Below, piece by piece: positions 35,818 to 43,676 of a stretch of DNA of 64,000 nucleotides. Position 1 is the stretch's first letter, and each line of letters starts with the position of its first letter. Under the pieces are notes generated by a model, which did no database searches, was not told the origin of the DNA, and saw nothing but the letters and a program-made list of their open reading frames with translations. The translations under genes and the position numbers were made by a program. The DNA lies in the NCBI GenBank assembly GCA_046349955.1, contig JAXMBI010000007.1:5944-69943 (forward strand), given 5' to 3'. This stretch comes from Pirellulales bacterium. GTDB lineage: Bacteria > Planctomycetota > Planctomycetia > Pirellulales > JBGAPH01.

Positions 35818-36831
35818 TTGGCGGAGCAGCGCTGCGTGAAGAATCTTCGAGTCGCCGCCGCGCAGATGGAGCACGTCGACGGCGACGTCGCCGCGAATCT
35901 GGCGACCGTCGAGCGGCTCGCGCGGCAGGCCGCCGAGCAAGGCGCGCAGATCGTCGCGTTTCCGGAGTGCTGCCTCACCGGCTATTGGCATCTGCGGAAG
36001 CTCAGCCGCGATGAACTGACCGCACTGGCGGAACCCCTCTTCGGCGGCCCCAGTTCACAGCGACTGGGGCACTTGGCCGCCGAGACCGGACTGACGATCG
36101 GCGCCGGGCTGGTCGAACTGGCCCCGGACGGTCGGCTGTTCAATAGTTACGTGGTCGCGATGCCGGACGGCGGCTTTGCCCGGCACCGCAAGCTGCACGC
36201 CTTCGTCAGCCCGCACCTTTCCTGCGGCGACGAGTTCACCGTTTTCGCTGTGCCCCACGGCTGCCAACTGGGGGTGCTCATTTGTTACGACAACAATCTC
36301 GTCGAGAACGTACGGATCACGGCGCTGCTGGGGGCCGAGGTCTTGCTCGCGCCGCATCAGACGGGCGGCTGCAAAACGGCCAGCCCCCATGCGATGGGGC
36401 TCGTCGACCGCTCGCTCTGGGGCCAGCGCGAGACGAACCCGCAGGCGATCGAAGCCGAATTCCGCGGTCCCAAGGGGCGGGAGTGGCTGCTGCGCTGGCT
36501 GCCGAGCCGGGCGCATGACAACGGGTTGTTCGTTGTCTTCAGCAACGGCGTGGGACGCGACGACGACGAGGTGCGCACCGGCGGCGCCATGGTGCTCGAT
36601 CCCTACGGCCGCATCTTGAGCGAAACCTGGGCGCCGCGCGAAAGCTTGGTGGTGTGCGATTTGGACGCGGACTTGCAGCCGACGGCCACCGGCACGCGGT
36701 GGCTTACTGCGCGGCGGCCCGAGCTGTACGCCCCGCTCGCCCAGCGGACTGGCCGCGAACGTTCGACGCGCGAGGTCCGCTTCGCCGGCATCGCGACGGA
36801 ACCCGCGGACGCCCAACCGCCAACTGGGTAA
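35818..36831 (+). CDS. Carbon-nitrogen hydrolase (nitrilase superfamily)
   Basis: LRVAAAQMEHVDGD, IVAFPECCLTGY (catalytic Glu), RKLH (Lys) and VLICYDNNLVE (catalytic Cys in the CYD context). Confidence 0.8.
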   Translation: MAEQRCVKNLRVAAAQMEHVDGDVAANLATVERLARQAAEQGAQIVAFPECCLTGYWHLRKLSRDELTALAEPLFGGPSSQRLGHLAAETGLTIGAGLVELAPDGRLFNSYVVAMPDGGFARHRKLHAFVSPHLSCGDEFTVFAVPHGCQLGVLICYDNNLVENVRITALLGAEVLLAPHQTGGCKTASPHAMGLVDRSLWGQRETNPQAIEAEFRGPKGREWLLRWLPSRAHDNGLFVVFSNGVGRDDDEVRTGGAMVLDPYGRILSETWAPRESLVVCDLDADLQPTATGTRWLTARRPELYAPLAQRTGRERSTREVRFAGIATEPADAQPPTG

Positions 36832-36945
36832 GCGGAACGGGCGAAAACTCTTCTCCGCTTGGGGAGGCCGGCCTATAATGAGCCGGTAAGGTCCAAGGAA
36901 CCGGCAACCTCGGCGAGGCCCCGCGGCACCGGCGGCAAGAACTCT

Positions 36946-39213
36946 ATGGCGCTGCGTCGGAATAACGGATTCAACGCTCTGCGCGTATTTGGTCGGCTCA
37001 TCCTGTTCGGACTGAGCTGGCTAACCATCGGACTGCTGTTGAGAACGGCGGCGGCGCAAGATGGCGCCCCGGCGACACCAGGTCCGCCCGCGGCTGAAGT
37101 CGCCGCTCAACCCGCTCCCGCGGCGGAAACAACCGCCGCGTTCGGCCGCTTGATTCGCGTGCCGCTCCCGATCGTCGGCGAGCTCGACAATCGCGTGCGG
37201 GCGATGGTCCGCCAAGCGCTTTCGACGCGCACGCCCGCCGAAGGCCGCCCGGTGCTGGTGTTCGAGCTCTGGCCCGAAGGCTCCGAATTCGGTCAAGGCT
37301 GCGACTTCTACCGTGCCCAGGCGCTGGCCGATTTTCTCACCAGCCGCGAGCTCAGCGGCGTGCGCACGGTCGCTTACATCCCGAAGTCGATCAAGGGACA
37401 CGGCGTGCTCGTAGCCCTGGCCTGCGAAGAGATCGTGATGGCGCCCGACGCCGCGTTGGGCGAGGCCGGGGTCGATCTGCAGGCGGGGGGCGCGAGTCTG
37501 GAGGAGGCCGAGGCGGCCTACCGCAAGGTGGCCAGTCGGCGCAAGACGCTGCCCGTAGAAGTCGCCCTGGGCATGCTCGACCGCAACCGCAAGGTGCTCG
37601 AGGTCGAAACGGATCTGAGCGTCGAGTATGTGTTCGATAGCGACTTGGCCGACCTGCGGGTCCGCCGCGCCGTCCAGGGAGAGCCCAAAACGCTGAAGGA
37701 GCGTGGCGAACTCGGCTCGTTCACCGGGCGGGAAGCGCGCCGCTTGGGGTTTGTGAAATATGAAGCCCCCTCGCGCGACGCGCTAGCCCGCGCACTGGGG
37801 CTGCCCGCTGCGGCGCTCGAACAAGATCCTTCGCTGGGGGGCAAGTGGGTGTCGATCTTGGTGCCGATCAAAGGCCCGATCACGCCGCAACTCGCGCAGC
37901 ACGTGCCCCGCAAGATCATGGAACAGATTGAAACGCGGGGGGTGAACCTGGTCTGCCTGCAAATCGAGAGCCCGGGCGGCTCGCTGAACGATTCGCTCGA
38001 GTTGGCCAACTTTCTGGCCGACCTCGATCCGCAGCGCGTCCGCACGGTCGCCTTCGTGCCGGAGCAGGCCCTGGGGGACGCCACGGCGATCGCCCTGGCG
38101 TGCGATCAAATCGTGCTGCAGCCCAAGGCCGCCTTGGGAGGTTGGGGGGCGCACCAGCTCTCGGCCGACGAGGTGAAGCTCGTTTCGGAGACGATTCGTC
38201 GCAAGCTCGCCCCGGCCAAGAACCGTTCCTGGTCGTTGCCGGCGGCGCTGGTGGATCCCATGCTCGAGGTGCATCGCTACCAGAAACGCGATGGCAAGAC
38301 GACCGACTACTTTTCGGCCGACGAATTCGCCGAACTCAAGGACCAGGCCGATTGGCAGCGCGGAGACGTCGTGACCAAGCCCGGCGAGCCGCTGCAGGCA
38401 GTCGGTCCGCGCGCGGTCGAACTGGGACTGGCACGGCAGGTGGTGGCGAATTTTGGCGAGTGGAAGCAGCTCTACGGTCTCGAGGACGATCCGAACCTCG
38501 TTCAGCCGGGCTGGGCCGACGTTCTGATCTCGGCGCTCACGCGGACCGAGGTCGCCTGGATGCTGCTGCTCATTGGCGGCGTGGCGCTCTACGTGGAGCT
38601 GCAGGCGCCGGGCTTGGGCATTGGCGCCTTTGTCGCCACGGTTTGCTTCCTGCTGTTCTTTTGGGCCAAGTTCCTCGGAGGAACGGCGGAGTGGCTCGAG
38701 GTGATGCTGTTCGTCGCCGGGGTCGTTTGCCTGTTGCTCGAGCTGTTCGTGCTGCCAGGATTAGGCATCTTTGGCCTGGGGGGCGGCCTGCTCATCATCA
38801 CGTCGCTGGTGCTGCTCAGCCAAACCTTTGTGCTGCCGCGCAACGAGTACCAGATGGACCAGTTCCGCGACTCGTTGCTCGTGGTCGGCGGGGCGCTGTT
38901 GGGCATCATCGGCGCGGCGGTCGCTGTGCGGCGGTATCTACCGCATGCGCCGCTGCTCCGGAACATCATGCTCGCGCCCGATTCCGATGAGGAACTCGAG
39001 CGCATTTCCTCGCGGGAGTCGCTGGTCGACTTCAGCCACCTGCTCGGCCAGCACGGCTCGGCGATCACGCCCCTCATGCCTTCGGGCAAGGCCCGCTTCG
39101 GCGGCGAACTGGTCGACGTAATCTCGTCCGGTGAGGCGATCGACCGCGGCGATGACGTGGTCGTCGTGCAGGTGCGCGGGAACCATGTGGTCGTCGAGAA
39201 GCGGGCCGTGTAA
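36946..39213 (+). CDS. NfeD-like membrane-bound ClpP-class serine protease with two protease-like domains
   Basis: Signal peptide LILFGLSWLTIGLLLRTAAAQ. Two ClpP/crotonase-like units (..IPKSIKGHGVLVALACEEIVMAP.., ..LQIESPGGSLNDSLELANFL..ATAIALACDQIVL..). Four to five TM helices at 38520-38930. C-terminal NfeD OB-fold GKARFGGELVDVISSGEAIDRGDDVVVVQVRGNHVVVEK. Confidence 0.65.
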   Translation: MALRRNNGFNALRVFGRLILFGLSWLTIGLLLRTAAAQDGAPATPGPPAAEVAAQPAPAAETTAAFGRLIRVPLPIVGELDNRVRAMVRQALSTRTPAEGRPVLVFELWPEGSEFGQGCDFYRAQALADFLTSRELSGVRTVAYIPKSIKGHGVLVALACEEIVMAPDAALGEAGVDLQAGGASLEEAEAAYRKVASRRKTLPVEVALGMLDRNRKVLEVETDLSVEYVFDSDLADLRVRRAVQGEPKTLKERGELGSFTGREARRLGFVKYEAPSRDALARALGLPAAALEQDPSLGGKWVSILVPIKGPITPQLAQHVPRKIMEQIETRGVNLVCLQIESPGGSLNDSLELANFLADLDPQRVRTVAFVPEQALGDATAIALACDQIVLQPKAALGGWGAHQLSADEVKLVSETIRRKLAPAKNRSWSLPAALVDPMLEVHRYQKRDGKTTDYFSADEFAELKDQADWQRGDVVTKPGEPLQAVGPRAVELGLARQVVANFGEWKQLYGLEDDPNLVQPGWADVLISALTRTEVAWMLLLIGGVALYVELQAPGLGIGAFVATVCFLLFFWAKFLGGTAEWLEVMLFVAGVVCLLLELFVLPGLGIFGLGGGLLIITSLVLLSQTFVLPRNEYQMDQFRDSLLVVGGALLGIIGAAVAVRRYLPHAPLLRNIMLAPDSDEELERISSRESLVDFSHLLGQHGSAITPLMPSGKARFGGELVDVISSGEAIDRGDDVVVVQVRGNHVVVEKRAV

Positions 39214-39284
39214 CCGGGGCCTCGCGCACCCCGGCGAGTCCGCCCTCCGGCCTAGACATCCGCTGTAGCCAATCGCGGCGCAGC

Positions 39285-39316
39285 AAAAAGGGGAAGACGG
39301 CCGAACCGTCTTCCCC
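39285..39316 (-). terminator. Intrinsic terminator after the small lipoprotein gene
   Basis: Minus strand GGGGAAGACGG-TTCGG-CCGTCTTCCCC-TTTTTG: a perfect 11-bp stem plus a T-run, 39 nt after the stop at 39355. Confidence 0.7.
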
Positions 39317-39354
39317 TGGGAAAGTCATACCGCGCGAGGGCGCCGCAACTTTCG

Positions 39355-39498
39355 TTACGGCGTCTTTTCCCCTTCCGCGGGCTTGGTGTCGCCCGCCGGG
39401 GGGGCCGTCGGCTCGGCCTTCTTAGCGCCTTCACCGCCACAGCCGATCGACGCCATGCTCACGCCGAACAGGGCTACGAGCACAAAGAACTTCTTCAT
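39355..39498 (-). CDS. Small Pro/Ala-rich lipoprotein (47 aa; below the ORF-track size cutoff)
   Basis: Own translation: MKKFFVLVALFGVSMASIGCGGEGAKKAEPTAPPAGDTKPAEGEKTP. Lipobox SIGC, GAGG 6 nt upstream of the ATG, followed by a canonical terminator. Confidence 0.6.
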   Translation of the reverse strand: MKKFFVLVALFGVSMASIGCGGEGAKKAEPTAPPAGDTKPAEGEKTP

Positions 39499-39632
39499 TC
39501 TGACCTCACTCTGAGAAACTGGGTGACGCTGGCAGGACCTTCCTGCCCTGTTTTCACGGCCGAGCTGGCATGCATTTCGCCGCTCGAGCGGCAGTATTGC
39601 TAGCCACGGCCCAATTGTTCGTAGGTCGGGAG

Positions 39633-39947
39633 TTACTGCGGCGCCTTCTCGGGGGCAGGCGGCGCTTCGCTTTCGGCGGCGGGGGCCAGCGGGTCGGTCA
39701 CGGCCGGCTCCGGCGCGGGGACCGTGTCGCCTGCCGCGGGGGCGGCGGGTTCCGTGGTCGGCGCAGCCGCCTTTTCATCATGGGCATGATCGTGGTCATG
39801 GTCATGATCGTGGGCTTCGCCCGGAGCGTGGGTGTGGCCATCGGCCGCTGGGGGGGCCGGCTCCACCTTCTTGGCGGCCGGTTCGCCGCAACCCACCGCG
39901 AAGGCGGTATATCCTAGGAATGCCATCGACCAGAGCACTTTACGCAT
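39633..39947 (-). CDS. Small lipoprotein with (His-Asp)n tract
   Basis: MRKVLWSMAFLGYTAFAVGCGEPAAKKVEPAPPAADGHTHAPGEAHDHDHDHDHAHDEK followed by a Pro/Ala-rich tail. AGGAAG RBS. Its N-terminal part is paralogous to 39355-39498. Confidence 0.65.
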   Translation of the reverse strand: MRKVLWSMAFLGYTAFAVGCGEPAAKKVEPAPPAADGHTHAPGEAHDHDHDHDHAHDEKAAAPTTEPAAPAAGDTVPAPEPAVTDPLAPAAESEAPPAPEKAPQ

Positions 39948-40194
39948 CGCGTACTCTTCCTTCTCGTACCGTGACTCTCAGGGTTGGGACCACCGTGGAC
40001 ATCGAACGCTCGCTCGCGAGCGCCCGCCAAACCCTTGAGTGGTTTGATCCATGCGGCGGGGTATTTATTCCCCAGTCGCCAGAAGCGGCCAAGGCATTCA
40101 ATCAGTGCAGCCTCGAGCAAGTCCCCACTCACTGGTGGGGCTCGCCCCACGGGGAACATAGCACGCTCCTGAGCAACGTGCTAGCAGGCAATCA

Positions 40195-41166
40195 TCAAGG
40201 CGGAAGTCCGCAAGCCACTCGCATGTTGCCTAGACATCCTAGATACACATCGGGCGGGAGTCCGTCGACGCGAACTGCGTGGTCGCCCGACACGCCATCA
40301 ACGAGGCCGCCTTCGTCGACGAGCGTCTCGAGGAGCTCGGCTTGTTGCCCGCAGGTCCAAGCGGCGGCGCGCTCGAGTTGGCCGGCGACTCCCAGCATCG
40401 CCAGCGCGAGCGCGTAGGCGGCCCAATCGGTGACGCCAGCGATCAAGGTGTGGTCGCAAGGGGTGCGACACGCGATGCGGCCCCCTTGCGGAACGCGCGC
40501 CGCGATGAGCTCCCAGGGAAGGGAACCTGCGCCGATTTCATTGCCGCCGTCGATCAATCCCAGCGTGCAGATTGGCAGCCTGCGCCGCTGCACATCCTCG
40601 AAAAGTCGCCACAGCGGAGCCGCAAAATCCTCGAGCGCCTCGCCGCGCATGTTGCGGCAGGTTCCCTGCAGTTCGATCGGGATTTCAGCCAGAAACGACG
40701 AGACCGGCGGCGGGCCAGCGCGCTGTTGGGCGAGGAACGTATCGAGCGTGTGCGCGGGGCCAGGGCGTTCGATCGCCACCAAATGCGACCAGCCCCGCGC
40801 CAGGCAACGATCCATCGCTGCCCTCCAAGCGGAGCGGTCTCCTGCTGGATGCGCTAAGTCAAGGATCTCGCAGTCGAGCGAACTCGCGCGTAAGCCAAGT
40901 TCGATTGCCGCACGAATCAGTGGATCGCAAACCCAGTCGACGCGCATGCCCAGCGCTCGGCAAGCGCGCGCCAGATAGAGCGCTCCAGGCGGTCCATCGG
41001 TTTCGGCCGCGCCCCCTGCGGTGAGAATGGGGAAGCCCGTGACGATGCCGACGGCCGTTCCGTCCCGCGCCAGGCTTTGGGCTGAGGAAAGCAGCTCAAG
41101 GTTGGCCGCAGGCGCGAGGGCGGAGGAAAATCCCACCAGGCCACGCCCACCGGGATCCTGCGCCAT
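40195..41166 (-). CDS. DUF4392 (D-glutamate cyclase-like) protein
   Basis: VGIVTGFPILTAGGAAETDGPPGALYLARA (the ETDGPPGA signature I associate with DUF4392) and LIDGGNEIGAGS. ATG 41166 has AGGGA upstream; an alternative start is ATG 41214. Confidence 0.6.
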   Translation of the reverse strand: MAQDPGGRGLVGFSSALAPAANLELLSSAQSLARDGTAVGIVTGFPILTAGGAAETDGPPGALYLARACRALGMRVDWVCDPLIRAAIELGLRASSLDCEILDLAHPAGDRSAWRAAMDRCLARGWSHLVAIERPGPAHTLDTFLAQQRAGPPPVSSFLAEIPIELQGTCRNMRGEALEDFAAPLWRLFEDVQRRRLPICTLGLIDGGNEIGAGSLPWELIAARVPQGGRIACRTPCDHTLIAGVTDWAAYALALAMLGVAGQLERAAAWTCGQQAELLETLVDEGGLVDGVSGDHAVRVDGLPPDVYLGCLGNMRVACGLPP

Positions 41167-41478
41167 GTAGGTCCCTAATTCCAAAACCCAACCTGGAGCT
41201 GCAGACGAGGCCATAGAGCCTGCGAAATTCGGGTTGCTCTTGAGAGAAGCGGGTGACGCTCGGGGGCGGCGTTGGCCGATGAATGCCCGGTTGTGGCCCA
41301 AGTCCTTCGGTCTGGCAAGGTGCGAGCGCGAATCGGGGATGCGATTGCCGCAAAGGTTCGAATTCTCGAACCTGCCGGCGAAGCGCATCGCTTTGGACCG
41401 AAGTGAGCAAAAAGGCTCAGTCTCACCGGCTCGGGTGGCCCGCTCGCCTGCTTGCCGAGCCGTAAGCATTAACTTTGG

Positions 41479-41506
41479 TTGACTTTTCTCGCTCAGCCGG
41501 TACAAC
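41479..41506 (+). promoter_or_regulatory. Candidate promoter of the respiratory cluster
   Basis: TTGACT (41479-41484), a 16-nt spacer, then TACAAC (41501-41506), inside the only AT-rich patch of the 480-nt intergenic region upstream of the Rieske gene. Confidence 0.3.
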
Positions 41507-41518
41507 AGAAAATTCGTT

Positions 41519-41534
41519 CGTGAAATTTGTCACA
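41519..41534. promoter_or_regulatory. CRP/FNR-family-like palindrome
   Basis: cGTGAaatttgTCACA compared with the CRP consensus TGTGA-N6-TCACA (9 of 10 arm positions). Lies 13 nt downstream of the candidate -10. Confidence 0.25.
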
Positions 41535-41649
41535 AAGTCGGCTTTCGTGGGGTTCGGCTTGTGTTTTTGGCGAACGCCACGCCCGCAACTTGAGTGGCCT
41601 GGCCGCAATCGTTTCCCCTCGCGAAGCGCCGGCTGTAAGAGATAGCCGC

Positions 41650-42714
41650 ATGGCCGAAAAGAAGAAGATGTCGGTGGCCGATATTCTGGCTGCCGCGCGG
41701 AAGACCGATGCCAGCAAATCAGACGCAGCGGAGCCTGCGGCGCCAGCCGCGGGTCCGGAGGCGTCGTCTCCCGTCGAGCCTGCGGCCGAAGCGCCGCCGG
41801 CAGCCGCGAAACCCAGCCCTGCGGCCGCCAAGGCTGCTGCGGGGGGGGCGCGACCCAGCGTCGCTGATATTCTCGCCGCCGCGCGGGCTGCCAAGGGAGC
41901 TCAGCCCCCTGCCGCCGCGGCGCCGGCAGCCGCGTCGAAGCCCGCGGCCGCCAAGCCTGCCGCCGAGAAACCCAAAGCGGCCGAAAAACCGGCTGCCGCA
42001 GCGCCAGGCGGCCCCAAAGACACGGCCAGCATTCTGGCCGCCGCGCGGAAGGGCGCCCGCCCTGGCCCGGTCACCAAGAGCGAAGCTGCCGCGCGGGCAT
42101 CGGCCGTGGCAGCGCCCGCCAAGCCGGAAAAGAACAAGCCCAGCGCCCCGCCGATGCCGGCCAAGCCGGACTACGCCAAACCCAAGGCCAAGGCCGCGGC
42201 TGAGGAAGACCGCCGCAGCTTCTTGCACTTGTTCCTCGGCACGATGATGGGGCTGGGTTTCACGTCCTTGGCGACGGCCAGCGGCCTGTGGACCCTCGGC
42301 TTGGCTCGGTTCATGTTCCCGAACATCCTGACCGAGCCCCCCAGCCGCTTCAAAGTCGGCTTCCCTAGCAACTTCGCCCCGGGTCAGGTGGAAACGAAGT
42401 TCATCGCCCAATTCGGCGTGTGGGTGGTCAATGGCGAATACAACGGCCAGGCCCAGATCTACGCTCTGCGCTCCGTTTGCACCCATCTGGGTTGCACTCC
42501 CAACTGGCTCGAAGGGGAGCAGAAGTTCAAGTGCCCCTGCCATGGCAGCGGCTTCTATAAGGACGGCATCAACTTCGAAGGCCCCGCGCCGCGGCCGCTC
42601 GAGCGCTACGCGATTCGCGTGGCCGACGACGGCCAGCTCGAAATCGACAAGAGCAAGATCTTTCAGGAGGAAATGGGGCAGTGGACTGACCCCACGAGCT
42701 TCGTCACGGCGTAG
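41650..42714 (+). CDS. Rieske 2Fe-2S subunit of a cytochrome bc/b6f-type complex, with a long N-terminal extension
   Basis: CTHLGCTPNW and CPCHGSGF (Rieske boxes). Twin-arginine and TM segment DRRSFLHLFLGTMMGLGFTSLA. Preceded by 187 Ala/Pro-rich residues containing three ADILAAAR-type repeats. Confidence 0.85.
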   Translation: MAEKKKMSVADILAAARKTDASKSDAAEPAAPAAGPEASSPVEPAAEAPPAAAKPSPAAAKAAAGGARPSVADILAAARAAKGAQPPAAAAPAAASKPAAAKPAAEKPKAAEKPAAAAPGGPKDTASILAAARKGARPGPVTKSEAAARASAVAAPAKPEKNKPSAPPMPAKPDYAKPKAKAAAEEDRRSFLHLFLGTMMGLGFTSLATASGLWTLGLARFMFPNILTEPPSRFKVGFPSNFAPGQVETKFIAQFGVWVVNGEYNGQAQIYALRSVCTHLGCTPNWLEGEQKFKCPCHGSGFYKDGINFEGPAPRPLERYAIRVADDGQLEIDKSKIFQEEMGQWTDPTSFVTA

Positions 42715-42829
42715 CTGGCTCGCCCGCCGGCTTCGGCCAGCGTCTGGCTTCCGACGTGTTCCGCCAAGCTCGTTGCTCCTCAAGCGTTTGCAACGGCCAA
42801 TTTTTCCCAACTAAGCCTGCAGGCCCTTC

Positions 42830-43618
42830 ATGTCGCTCGGCGACGACATTCGCGAATCGCAGATTTGGAAGAGCGTGTTCCGCCATCCGGCGCCCGTCGA
42901 CCGGCGCAACCGGATCGTGGTCATGCTCACCAACTTCTTCTTGCACCTGCACCCGGTGTCGATCAAGAAGCAAGGCATCGCCCTCAGCTACACCTGGTGC
43001 ATGGGGGGCGTGACCTTCTTCCTGTTCCTGGTGGAAACGGTCACGGGCGTGCTCTTGATGTTCTACTACCGGCCCACGATCGAGTGGGCCTACTGGGACA
43101 TCTTATCGTTGCGCGACGTCACCTCCTTAGGCATCCTCCGCGAGTTGCATCGCTGGGGGGCCCACGCAATGGTGATCACCGTCTGGCTGCACATGTACCG
43201 GGTTTTTCTCACGGGCAGCTATAAGCCGCCGCGCGAGTTCAATTGGGTGGTCGGCGTGATCTTGCTCCTGCTCACGCTGTTGCTCTCGTTCACCGGCTAC
43301 CTGCTCCCCTGGGACCAGTTGGCGATTTGGGCCATCACCGTGGGCTCGAACATGGCCCGCGCCACGCCGGTGCTGGGGCATGAAGGCCCCGGCGCTCAGG
43401 TGCTCAACAACGTGTCGATCAACCTGGGCGGCCTCGACCTGATCACCAACGCCTCGGACGCGCGGTTCGGCCTGCTCGGCGCGCGGTTCGTGGGCGAGGA
43501 AACGCTCAACCGCTTCTACATCCTGCACTGCATCGCCATTCCGCTCGCGGTGGCGCTGCTGTTGGCGATTCACTTCTGGCGCGTCCGCAAGGACGGCGGC
43601 ATCAGCGGCCCGCTGTAA
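42830..43618 (+). CDS. Cytochrome b6-type (N-terminal cytochrome b) subunit
   Basis: [24 protein letters not shown] (haem His pair) and [16 protein letters not shown]. Confidence 0.9.
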   Translation: MSLGDDIRESQIWKSVFRHPAPVDRRNRIVVMLTNFFLHLHPVSIKKQGIALSYTWCMGGVTFFLFLVETVTGVLLMFYYRPTIEWAYWDILSLRDVTSLGILRELHRWGAHAMVITVWLHMYRVFLTGSYKPPREFNWVVGVILLLLTLLLSFTGYLLPWDQLAIWAITVGSNMARATPVLGHEGPGAQVLNNVSINLGGLDLITNASDARFGLLGARFVGEETLNRFYILHCIAIPLAVALLLAIHFWRVRKDGGISGPL

Positions 43619-43676
43619 CGCGAAGCGGGGCCCCGGCAGTCACGCGACTTCAAGATCCTTTCGGTGCTTCCCAGCC

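Noticed and set aside
39570-40417. Plus-strand ORFs 39570-39917 and 39920-40417
   Set aside because: The first is antisense to the His-Asp lipoprotein gene, which has an RBS, a lipobox and a paralogue. The second spans an intergenic region and the 3' end of the DUF4392 gene with no motif.
41354-41373. tRNA-like GGTTCGAA string
   Set aside because: It is one arm of a simple 8-bp hairpin (AGGTTCGA-ATTC-TCGAACCT). No acceptor, D or anticodon arms can be drawn around it. No tRNA was recognised anywhere in the window.
41708-42810. Alternative-frame ORFs across the Rieske 5' region (41708-42247 +, 41719-42810 -)
   Set aside because: The Rieske frame shows three peptide repeats conserved despite synonymous DNA differences, and it continues into the RRxFL motif and the Rieske boxes. 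The other frames are Arg/Pro-rich low-information sequence.
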